Positions 1 through 7,198 are shown, counted from the stretch's first letter. The stretch is DNA of 25,808 nt from a virus (IMGVR_UViG_3300048861_000153:1-25808); one strand, 5' to 3'. Made by a program: numbers and translations. The notes: a model not told the origin generated them from the sequence alone.

Positions 1-155
1 TCGATGCTGGGTGGAACCCCTTCATTTCGCTTGAGAAGCCCCCGAAAGACGTTCAGCGCCTCCCCCTGACGAGGAGTGAGCGAAAGTCCCGAATGCTCGC
101 TTTGCTCTTTCTGCTCTTGCGTCTTGCCCAGACATGGCATATGTTTGTATGGCAT
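1..155 (-). CDS. LexA-type winged-helix DNA-binding protein, N-terminal part only (runs off the window); candidate phage repressor
   Basis: Hand translation, not in ORF track: MPYKHMPCLGKTQEQKEQSEHSGLSLTPRQGEALNVFRGLLKRNEGVPPSI. LTPRQ..L......GVPPS matches the LexA N-terminal signature (LTxRQ...GxPPT/S). In-frame ATGs at 155 and 140; divergent from xis-int. Confidence 0.75.
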   Translation of the reverse strand, partial: MPYKHMPCLGKTQEQKEQSEHSGLSLTPRQGEALNVFRGLLKRNEGVPPSI

Positions 156-157
156 GT
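132..157. promoter_or_regulatory. Palindromic operator-like site 1
   Basis: ACATGGCATA-TGTTTG-TATGGCATGT, 10-bp inverted arms with one mismatch; 138-157 is 18/20 identical to 2703-2722; 132-143 recurs exactly at 256-267. Confidence 0.7.
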
Positions 158-161
158 GGCG

Positions 162-190
162 ACAGTAGACGGGTGTAAAAAACTTGTCAA
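162..190 (-). promoter_or_regulatory. Sigma70-type promoter for the LexA-like gene
   Basis: Minus strand TTGACA (190-185), 17-bp spacer, TACTGT (167-162); predicted +1 falls at about 155, the A of an in-frame ATG. Confidence 0.7.
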
Positions 191-257
191 GCCCTACAGG
201 CTGTGGATATTGATTGATTATGTTCAGCGGATTGGGTAACGGAAGGAGATTACTTAC

Positions 258-503
258 ATGGCATATGCGGATAAGATACGGCAGGTTTTAGAGATGAGGA
301 TGCTGACCGAGCGGCAGGTCTCCCAGATCACGGCCATTCCCATGGGAACGCTGCGGCGCTGGCGGTGCGTCGGCGGAGGACCGCAGTTCATCAAGCTGGG
401 AACCGGGCCTAAGGCGAGGGTGAAGTATGATGCGATTGACATACATGCGTATGTCGAGGCAGGCCGACGCGACCCATCCGTGCGGGCAACACAGAAGGGG
501 TAG
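258..503 (+). CDS. Excisionase-like helix-turn-helix protein (HTH_17/AlpA-like)
   Basis: 81 aa, LTERQVSQITAIPMGTLRRWR..GGGPQFIKLG....RVKY pattern; SD AAGGAG upstream; ends 2 bp before the integrase start. Confidence 0.85.
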   Translation: MAYADKIRQVLEMRMLTERQVSQITAIPMGTLRRWRCVGGGPQFIKLGTGPKARVKYDAIDIHAYVEAGRRDPSVRATQKG

Positions 504-505
504 CA

Positions 506-1627
506 ATGGCTATAAAGCAACGCGGCAAGTACTGGCACTATGAATTCATGCTCGACGGTGTGAAGTATCGAGGCACCACCAAGGAAACGGTGAAGTCTCG
601 AGCCAAGCAAGTCGAGTCGCTGTTGATCGCAGACATCCGCAACAACGGCGCCAACGTGAATTTGAAACGGGCTCCATTTCTTCGCGAGTTCTCTAAAGAT
701 TTTCTCGACTTCGTCGACAAACAAGAGCTCTCGGGACAACTGGACCTAGATACGAAGAAGTACTATCACGGCGGCTGGAAGCTGCTGGAAGGGACACGGG
801 TAGCAAGCATGCGTATAGACCAGATCAGCACCAGCGACGCTTCCGTCCTCACCTTTCCAGGTAAAGCCTCCAATGCAAACCGCGCCTTCCGCACTCTCTC
901 CCGGATGCTTAATCTGGCAGTGGAGTGGAAGGTCATGCGATCAGCTCCACGGATCTCTCTCCTCAAAGAGATTGGCCGAACGGCGCTCATCGAATCTTCC
1001 ACCGAGGCTCTGCTGCTCAAGCACGCCTCTCAACCTCTTGCCGATATTTTGGTGATCATGATGGACTGCGGGATGCGTCCGGAAGAGGTCATGCGCATGC
1101 GCAGGGATCACATCTTCTGGGATCGTTCTGTCATCCTGGTGCCTTACGGCAAGACTCTACAGGCCAAGCGGTTTGTTCCATTGAGCGATCGCCTCGAGAC
1201 CATCCTCCGTGAGCGCAGCAGCAAGGGAAAGGGTCCATGGATCTTTCCTGCGAAGCGCGCTGAAGGTGGACATCGTACGACGGTGGCCAAGCAATGGAGA
1301 TCAACCGTGAAGGCAGCACGCGAGGAGTCAGCCAACGAGAACCTCGCCTCAGTTCCTGAGGACCTGGATCTCTATTGCGCTCGTCACACCTTCGCGACGG
1401 ACATGCTTGCAGAAGGGATGAACCTTGCAGAGGTGAAGCAGCTGCTCGGGCATGGTGATATCAAGACCACCATGCGCTACCTGCATCCCGATACCAGCGG
1501 CACTGCTGAGATCGTGAACCGCAGAAATAAGAGCAAGTCGATTCACCTGGTTTCACAGCAAGAAAATGTGGACTCCCACAAAAACTCCCACAGTGGCGCT
1601 GTGGGAGAGGAAGAGAAAGCGTCGTAA
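506..1627 (+). CDS. int: Tyrosine recombinase / phage integrase
   Basis: Catalytic motifs GMRPEE (R), GKT (K), YCARHTF (HxxR with Y for H), LLGH, TMRY (Y); N-terminal arm-binding-like beta segment; adjacent att core. Confidence 0.96.
   Translation: MAIKQRGKYWHYEFMLDGVKYRGTTKETVKSRAKQVESLLIADIRNNGANVNLKRAPFLREFSKDFLDFVDKQELSGQLDLDTKKYYHGGWKLLEGTRVASMRIDQISTSDASVLTFPGKASNANRAFRTLSRMLNLAVEWKVMRSAPRISLLKEIGRTALIESSTEALLLKHASQPLADILVIMMDCGMRPEEVMRMRRDHIFWDRSVILVPYGKTLQAKRFVPLSDRLETILRERSSKGKGPWIFPAKRAEGGHRTTVAKQWRSTVKAAREESANENLASVPEDLDLYCARHTFATDMLAEGMNLAEVKQLLGHGDIKTTMRYLHPDTSGTAEIVNRRNKSKSIHLVSQQENVDSHKNSHSGAVGEEEKAS
1574..1607. repeat. Left arm-type integrase binding repeats (inside int 3' end)
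   Basis: TCCCACA at 1574 and 1586 plus inverted CTGTGGGAG at 1599-1607; TCCCACAAAAACTCCCACAGTG is nearly identical to 1823-1843. Confidence 0.75.
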
Positions 1628-1642
1628 GTTGTTGCATTTGAA

Positions 1643-1691
1643 TGGAGCCGATGAGCGGATTTGAACCGCTGACCTACTGATTACGAATCAG
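1643..1691 (-). other. att core: 3' half of tRNA-Thr(CGT) including anticodon arm, T arm and CCA; not a complete tRNA
   Basis: Minus strand CTGA-TTCGTAA-TCAG-TAGGTC-AGCGG-TTCAAAT-CCGCT-CATCGGC-T-CCA; no D arm or 5' acceptor strand (GCCGATG) upstream. Confidence 0.92.
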
Positions 1692-1811
1692 ACAGTTCTC
1701 ATAACTGCTTTTGCTCTAAAACACTAATCTTTTCATTTACTTAGATGAGTTGCCCGCACGGATTATCACAGCTAGAATGATGCTCGTTTTGCTCGCTTTT
1801 TTGCATGATGT

Positions 1812-1843
1812 TGTGGCATGTTTCCCACAAAAACCCCACAGTG
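1812..1843. repeat. Right arm-type integrase binding repeats
   Basis: TCCCACAAAAACCCCACAGTG (1823-1843) preceded by degenerate inverted copy TGTGGCA (1812-1818). Confidence 0.75.
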
Positions 1844-1849
1844 CTCCGC

Positions 1850-2044
1850 TTAGTCGCCATCCTGCGGGTTGACGCTTCTTTGTTGTTTTGCAGCTTTGAG
1901 CTCTGCCGCCTTGCGAGCCTTTGCCTCTGCCACAAGGACCCGAAGCATGTTCGTCCGATCCAAGCCACCACTGTGCTTACCCAACCAGTCCAGATCTTTC
2001 AAGAATGATTCGCTGAATCTGAAGTGGGTGGACTTAAGCGCCAT
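1850..2044 (-). CDS. Ribbon-helix-helix (CopG/Arc-like) DNA-binding protein
   Basis: 64 aa; alternating beta strand STHFRFS, helix ESFLKDLDWL, turn GLDR, helix TNMLRVLVAE. Confidence 0.75.
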   Translation of the reverse strand: MALKSTHFRFSESFLKDLDWLGKHSGGLDRTNMLRVLVAEAKARKAAELKAAKQQRSVNPQDGD

Positions 2045-2068
2045 ATCGCTGAAGTTTATCGTTCTGGA

Positions 2069-2088
2069 TGTGGCTACGTTGTGGCTAC
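2069..2088. promoter_or_regulatory. Direct repeat upstream of RHH gene, candidate autoregulatory box
   Basis: TGTGGCTAC twice (2069-2077, 2080-2088), 11-bp period, 25 bp upstream of the RHH start. Confidence 0.5.
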
Positions 2089-2255
2089 AAACGACTTAGG
2101 TTGTCGATAGCACTTTTTACCTATCGAAGGAAACGCTCGATTTCTGGCAGCATCTTCCAGTCGCTTTCATTCAAGTGAACGCGATTGCTAACTCAATCTC
2201 CTTCAATAGTTCACCACCAAGCCAACAACCCTAGTACGGAAGAGGATTTATCAAA

Positions 2256-2696
2256 GTGAGAAATTTGCAGTTGCCGCACTCATCGCCTCGGTCGCATGCA
2301 CCAAACGATTACCCCTCCCTTCTGCTTTCGCTGAGACCGGTTCACGATGCTGTGCAGCTTTTTATGGAAAGAAACATCTGGCGTCGACGACCGCCTGTAC
2401 CGTGGAAGGTGCTGAGGGACATCTGGGGAAACAGTCGGACGCTTGAAGTTTCGGCAGAGCTCCTACCCGACCCAGATGAGGTGGAACTTGCGGACATACA
2501 TTCTCGCGGACGGGCAGTGCGAAAGTGGACCCTTTTGGCACTGGCTGAGCGGATAATCGTGAGCGTCTTTCCTCGGATTCCGGACCTGATTGCTGGGCAT
2601 CTGATCTGGGTTTACGGAGGCCTATGTGTGGTAAGTCGGACCTATTGCGAGGCAAAATCTCCGCAATTTATTGAATTATTTAGCAATCTCATTTAA
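2256..2696 (+). CDS. Hypothetical protein (uncertain)
   Basis: 146-aa ORF filling an otherwise empty gap, GTG start with a distant GAGG; no recognisable motif. Confidence 0.3.
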   Translation: MRNLQLPHSSPRSHAPNDYPSLLLSLRPVHDAVQLFMERNIWRRRPPVPWKVLRDIWGNSRTLEVSAELLPDPDEVELADIHSRGRAVRKWTLLALAERIIVSVFPRIPDLIAGHLIWVYGGLCVVSRTYCEAKSPQFIELFSNLI

Positions 2697-2699
2697 AGT
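2671..2699 (+). promoter_or_regulatory. Sigma70-type promoter for the 2746-3171 gene
   Basis: TTGAAT (2671-2676), 17-bp spacer, TAAAGT (2694-2699) in AT-rich sequence. Confidence 0.55.
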
Positions 2700-2702
2700 A
2701 AC

Positions 2703-2722
2703 CATACGTTTGTATGCCATGT
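2703..2722. promoter_or_regulatory. Operator-like site 2
   Basis: CATACGTTTGTATGCCATGT versus CATATGTTTGTATGGCATGT at 138-157; overlaps the predicted +1 of the upstream promoter. Confidence 0.65.
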
Positions 2723-2745
2723 TTTGTTAGAACGAATAAGGCGAT

Positions 2746-3171
2746 ATGACACAAGAAACAAAGACGAGACAGATCTTTGAAAGACAGGTCGAGCTGATTC
2801 GCGGAAGACTGCGACAGCTCGCGCCTGATTTAATGCGCGAATTGGAGTCTACCGAACTAGCGCTGAAGAACCTGTCGCCAGATCCTAACGCCAATATTTA
2901 TTCAGGATACAGATTAGCGATCGACGCAATTGACGCCTATTTCGAGAAGTATCCTCATTCAGCGAAGGGAATCATCGTGGCCACAGCCCTCGTCAATGGC
3001 GGCTGGCTTGCGAAGGATAAAAGAGCGAAGACCAACGTTCTAGATTCCATCCGGTACCACCTGAAACATCCCGAGACAAAACGTCTGAAACTCTATGTCG
3101 GCGAACCAGGCGATCCGGCAAATGCAGAGATAGGACGCGCAGATTGGGACGATTCGTACCGCAAAAGCTAG
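2746..3171 (+). CDS. Hypothetical protein, N-terminal coiled coil plus possible winged-helix domain
   Basis: 141 aa, charged amphipathic N-terminal helices, then AIDAYF...IVATALVNGG...NVLDSIRY helical pattern; TAAGG SD and own promoter. Confidence 0.65.
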   Translation: MTQETKTRQIFERQVELIRGRLRQLAPDLMRELESTELALKNLSPDPNANIYSGYRLAIDAIDAYFEKYPHSAKGIIVATALVNGGWLAKDKRAKTNVLDSIRYHLKHPETKRLKLYVGEPGDPANAEIGRADWDDSYRKS

Positions 3172-3250
3172 CCAGGCAAGACTCAATTGGCCGCAAGCTC
3201 CTAATAGCCTTTCCTGATTGACTGGGCGAGCCACCTGGGAATCAAAACAT

Positions 3251-3376
3251 CTACCAATCCCCAGGAATTCTCATCTGCTCCCTACAGAAAGAACAATTAT
3301 CATTGGTCGCAATTCGCTCACCGCAAATGTCGCAGAGAAAAAGGAACTCATACATCCGCTTCCATAAACGCTTCAT
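3251..3376 (-). CDS. 41-aa CxxC-x9-CxxC zinc-finger microprotein (below ORF-track cutoff)
   Basis: MKRLWKRMYEFLFLCDICGERIATNDNCSFCREQMRIPGDW; SD GGGAGG at 3386-3381, 4 nt before ATG. Confidence 0.65.
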   Translation of the reverse strand: MKRLWKRMYEFLFLCDICGERIATNDNCSFCREQMRIPGDW

Positions 3377-3460
3377 ACGGCCTCCCAATTTGATAGGTTA
3401 GCTCATCCTCGAGACCGGCTTCCATACAACTCAAGTCACACGAAACACCCACGCATCCTT

Positions 3461-3491
3461 AAACTTATAACGAGCCCCCTTTCGGGGGCTC
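3461..3491 (-). terminator. Intrinsic terminator closing the late operon
   Basis: Minus strand GAGCCCCC-GAAA-GGGGGCTC then GTTATAAGTTT, 35 bp after the 941-aa gene stop. Confidence 0.75.
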
Positions 3492-3526
3492 CTCTCTGCT
3501 CTGGCGATTATCCGCGACCTCCTCTC

Positions 3527-6352
3527 CTAGTTGATCGATTGCGCCTTGTCATCAAAGACAAAGTGCTGCGCTAAACACTTACCAGCGGCTAGCGCGTTCA
3601 CACCGGACGTATTGAAGTTGTTCCAAACCGGCTCTGTCGGGACTACGGATACAGTCCCGGTTCCAGAACATCCCGCACCAGCACGAACCTGAGTAATTGC
3701 AGTTATGACACCGGCAGTACTGATCGTCGGCAGATATGCGGGGTAGACCGTACATGTCAATCCAGAGACATAGAAGTTGGGTAGATAGTTGCTGTCATAC
3801 CCACTTCCCCCATTGGTGAGGGTTTCGACTCCGGCAGAAGTTACTGTTGCTGTGGCCCCCGAACCTACCGCTATCGCTGGAACAGTCCTACCTCCTGTTG
3901 TGTCTTGGCAAACGGTTAGATCAAGAGTGTCCCCTTGATTACCGTTGATGACCTTCATAGTTGTGACATTTCCGGTCAACGTCAGCGTCTGAGAGTGGCC
4001 CAAGGACATATCAATGTCCACATTGGCTCCGAACGCTGCTGTGTAGTTGGTTCCTCTACCAATTTCACCCAACTGGTTCATCATGTTCATGAACCGACCA
4101 GAGAGTGCTGCTCCACCTAACGCGCTTTCGTGAAGAGCTTCATCTTGATAGTAGGGACTGGAATCACCGAACCCTGGCTGACCAACCGTCCCGTTGATCT
4201 GGGGGTAGGCGGGGTTGGCCATACGCAGGTCATTAGCCCAGTCTACAAGACCGTCCAACTGACCGCCTGTGGTCATAGATGTATTGAAGGATAGTCTCTG
4301 AACATTGACCGCGCTTGTTGCGGCAGCGGATGGGGTGAGTGTAATTCCGATTGTCTTATAGCCGGCCGAGTATAGCGTCTTAGTCGCCTGCTTGAAATTG
4401 GTGTACAACGCTGTCGCTGTGCCTCCACCTTGAAGATCGTTGATCCCCATATACAGACCAGAGAAATGGGGTGGAGCAGGGTATCCCACCACGGTGTATT
4501 GATTGACCAGATTGGCCGACTGTGCGAGTACACCGTTGTTCACATAGTTGGAAAGTAGTTGCCCAGACGTTCCTGCATTCAGAACGACCACTCCTGGCAT
4601 ATTGAGCTTCGTTGGAAGCAAGTAGCAATATGTGTTCGGAAGAAGGTTGTTTCCCGACGTCTTTGAGTCCCCAACGCACTCAACGAAAGGGCTGCCTGAC
4701 TTATACCAACTTGGTACCGTAGCTACTGTCTGACTAGTCGCAGTAGCGATTCGCTCACTGAGAACCAGTGCATTATGCTGGATGACATCAGCAGGAAGCT
4801 CCGTGCCTATCGCAGCCACAAACTTATAGATCGTGGCGTCTGTTCCGTGAAAGAACCCACCGAGACCTAAACCAGCCGTGGCGGGAGACCAGGTTGGCAT
4901 AATGTTCTTCATGGACAATTTAGCAGTGCCAGCCCAAATCTGGTCTGCGCCGGCACCGTTGCTAACTACCGTGTAGCATTCAGTTTTACCTATATCTACA
5001 GGTTGAATTGCGGTGGATGTATTTTGAAAGCCTCCAGCTCCATTCACTTGCAGGGAACCGTAGAGGTCGGACATAATCCCTGGAATACCAGCACCACCGA
5101 CCTGCCCCAATAGAGAGATTGTTCCCGTCGAATTGGACGCGATGTTCGCACAGAAGGTGTAAGTAGAGTGTTGTGCCCAGAAACTTTGTGGGACGGCTAC
5201 ATACTGATTGTTTGTCGCGTTGAAGATGAGACCATTTGTCCCGTTCCATGCCGGCGCACCGCCTGCTCCTCCACCATTGACCGTTAGTGGCACACTGCCA
5301 ACAGCATCAGCCAGCGTTGTTGCTCCTGTGCCGTCATTCATCTCATAGTCGTTGGTCACACCAATGAGAGTTGCGGCTCCAGCATATGTAACCACGCCTG
5401 TGGTCTGATTGACCCAGACGTTACCAGTGCTAATCCATTGCTGAATTGAACCGTCAGGCTGCGCCTGGTAGTAATTTGCTCCAGCGGACCCAGTACGTCC
5501 TTTAGGCACCGCCGTACCGGTTGAGATCGCTCCTGCGGCTGCATCAACGTACTGCTTGGTCGCTGCTTGCAAATTCGAAGACGGGTCAGCTGCGAGAGTG
5601 AGCGCTCCAGTCATCACGCCTCCGGCTTTTGGCAAGGCTGCATTTGCCGTCGACTGAGCAGCAGCGGCCACGCTTGCCGCAGATGTGACCGAAGCTACGG
5701 TCGGATAGTCCGTACCTGGCGCGGCAGCAAGCGCGCCGCCCGCGTTGTCCCCCTTTAAAAGATTGGTTGTGCTGGGAAGAGTCGCACCGCCGCTCGATCC
5801 CGATTGCGGAACATAGATCCCGGCAACACAGTTATAGGTTTGCGAAGGCGAACCCTGCTTATAAAAGATCGAGGTATTCGAGCAATGCGCCGGCACTGTC
5901 ACACCGCTCAGAAGCCCCGTCGGTGCGACGATGGCGCTCTGCGTCGGGACATAGCTGTCTAGCGCCCAGCTCGCCCCGCAGACGCCAGCGACCTTGGTCA
6001 GCGTGAAGGCGCTCTTCGTCGCCGTGTTGTAGACCTGGATCTGGTAGGAGAGGACTGTGTTCGGCGTCGTCGGAGCTGCAGTGCATTCGTCCGGAACCTG
6101 GAATCCGCCGGCGATCGCTCCATTCGTAATCGCGGCTGTAAAACCTTGCGCGTCGAAGAGTGATCCTCCGGCAGTAATCGGAATCGGACTTCCCAGAGCA
6201 TTTGTCGGGATGAAGGTTACGGTTCCCGCAGCGACCGCAGTTCCCTTCATCTTGATTGAGGTGGCTGTGATCGTCGTCATCTGTGCTTGCGCGCAGACAG
6301 AGAGGCCAACGGCGCACACGAGCGCCGCGGCTGCCTTCAGCAGTCGGTTCAT
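3527..6352 (-). CDS. Tail-fibre/spike-like multidomain protein with signal peptide, LamG-like domain and SGNH hydrolase domain
   Basis: N-terminus MNRLLKAAAALVCAVGLSVCAQA|Q; fibre motif LPKAGGVMTGALTLAADP...AATKQYVD; LamG-like YEMNDGTG...W..NGLIF; SGNH blocks GDSKT, NAGTSG, GINDL, DEALH; C-terminal QDTTGGRT domain; SD AGGAG. Confidence 0.85.
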   Translation of the reverse strand: MNRLLKAAAALVCAVGLSVCAQAQMTTITATSIKMKGTAVAAGTVTFIPTNALGSPIPITAGGSLFDAQGFTAAITNGAIAGGFQVPDECTAAPTTPNTVLSYQIQVYNTATKSAFTLTKVAGVCGASWALDSYVPTQSAIVAPTGLLSGVTVPAHCSNTSIFYKQGSPSQTYNCVAGIYVPQSGSSGGATLPSTTNLLKGDNAGGALAAAPGTDYPTVASVTSAASVAAAAQSTANAALPKAGGVMTGALTLAADPSSNLQAATKQYVDAAAGAISTGTAVPKGRTGSAGANYYQAQPDGSIQQWISTGNVWVNQTTGVVTYAGAATLIGVTNDYEMNDGTGATTLADAVGSVPLTVNGGGAGGAPAWNGTNGLIFNATNNQYVAVPQSFWAQHSTYTFCANIASNSTGTISLLGQVGGAGIPGIMSDLYGSLQVNGAGGFQNTSTAIQPVDIGKTECYTVVSNGAGADQIWAGTAKLSMKNIMPTWSPATAGLGLGGFFHGTDATIYKFVAAIGTELPADVIQHNALVLSERIATATSQTVATVPSWYKSGSPFVECVGDSKTSGNNLLPNTYCYLLPTKLNMPGVVVLNAGTSGQLLSNYVNNGVLAQSANLVNQYTVVGYPAPPHFSGLYMGINDLQGGGTATALYTNFKQATKTLYSAGYKTIGITLTPSAAATSAVNVQRLSFNTSMTTGGQLDGLVDWANDLRMANPAYPQINGTVGQPGFGDSSPYYQDEALHESALGGAALSGRFMNMMNQLGEIGRGTNYTAAFGANVDIDMSLGHSQTLTLTGNVTTMKVINGNQGDTLDLTVCQDTTGGRTVPAIAVGSGATATVTSAGVETLTNGGSGYDSNYLPNFYVSGLTCTVYPAYLPTISTAGVITAITQVRAGAGCSGTGTVSVVPTEPVWNNFNTSGVNALAAGKCLAQHFVFDDKAQSIN

Positions 6353-6383
6353 TGTTTACTCCTGTAAGGGGTTTTGAAAGAGC

Positions 6384-6920
6384 TTAGAGCTTGATATGGG
6401 TTGTTTCGGTGGAGTGACGATACTGAACCTGGTGGAGAAGAACTGCCTCGGCTCGCGCGCGAATGCGATCGTTCAGTAGCTCATTGAAGGCCTCGGGATC
6501 GGTATCGATCAGAGACGTCTCCTCATGGGTGAAGTTCGCGACCACGTGCACATCAGGAACCCGCTTATAGTGCCCCATAAGCTCTTTCGGCGATAAGGTG
6601 GACTTCCAGTCCTCGAAGGTCTTGCGATCGATCTTGCCGGCACGATAGAGATCCGGATAGTGGATTGTGGGATCCGTACAAAGCTTCGCATGCACCTCAG
6701 CTAGGCGCTCTTCCCTCTTCAGAGTCGTCGAGCAGCCACAGGAGGGACAGCGCACTTTGCCATCCTCATCGACCATACCGGCTCTTTGGGCCACCTCAGG
6801 ACGCACTGCTGTCGGACACCTCTCCTCGTCGCAACAGTGCAACTCCGGATGCGTATGGCATTTGAGCACAGCGGAATGAAAGCAATAATGCTCATGCGAT
6901 TCGAGAATCTGGTTATCCAT
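6384..6920 (-). CDS. Cys/His-rich hypothetical protein, probable metal binder
   Basis: HEHYCFH...CHTHPELHCC...C...CPSCGC...H..C in the first 82 aa; overlaps the upstream gene by 8 bp. Confidence 0.75.
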   Translation of the reverse strand: MDNQILESHEHYCFHSAVLKCHTHPELHCCDEERCPTAVRPEVAQRAGMVDEDGKVRCPSCGCSTTLKREERLAEVHAKLCTDPTIHYPDLYRAGKIDRKTFEDWKSTLSPKELMGHYKRVPDVHVVANFTHEETSLIDTDPEAFNELLNDRIRARAEAVLLHQVQYRHSTETTHIKL

Positions 6921-7194
6921 TCTGAACCGCCTTCTTCACAACTGCATTTCCGGAATAAGTGAAGTTTTCACTACCCTCATCCTTCAGAGCATTGAATGTC
7001 TCCTCGTCGATACCAACGGGATCCAGAAGCTTCGATCCATAGGGAGAGAGAGCTTCTCCCTGGCCATCCTTAAGAGGATTTCCATTCGAATCGTTGAAGA
7101 CCACGCGATTGACCAACGGAACAATTGTTGCCTCCGGATCTCCACAGACGTGAACGATATTGCCCGCCTCATCGTGTTCGATAAAATAGATCAT
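6913..7194 (-). CDS. Small acidic tail-region protein, possible fibre assembly chaperone
   Basis: Start reassigned to ATG 7194 (MIYFIEHDEAGNIVHVC), 4 bp after the previous stop; position and the FTYSGNAVVKK ending resemble small fibre-associated proteins. Confidence 0.6.
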   Translation of the reverse strand: MIYFIEHDEAGNIVHVCGDPEATIVPLVNRVVFNDSNGNPLKDGQGEALSPYGSKLLDPVGIDEETFNALKDEGSENFTYSGNAVVKKAVQNG

Positions 7195-7198
7195 TTTT

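Noticed and set aside
66-90. Hammerhead-like CTGACGA...GAAA
   Set aside because: Stem II cannot form beyond one pair, and the segment is antisense to the LexA-like coding sequence.
1643-1720. Complete tRNA-Thr gene
   Set aside because: No 5' acceptor strand or D-arm consensus upstream of the anticodon arm; only the 3' 49 bp are present.
6293-6304. Lipobox (LSVC) in the 941-aa protein leader
   Set aside because: Val at -1 does not fit [LVI][ASTVI][GAS]C; AQA|Q fits signal peptidase I better.
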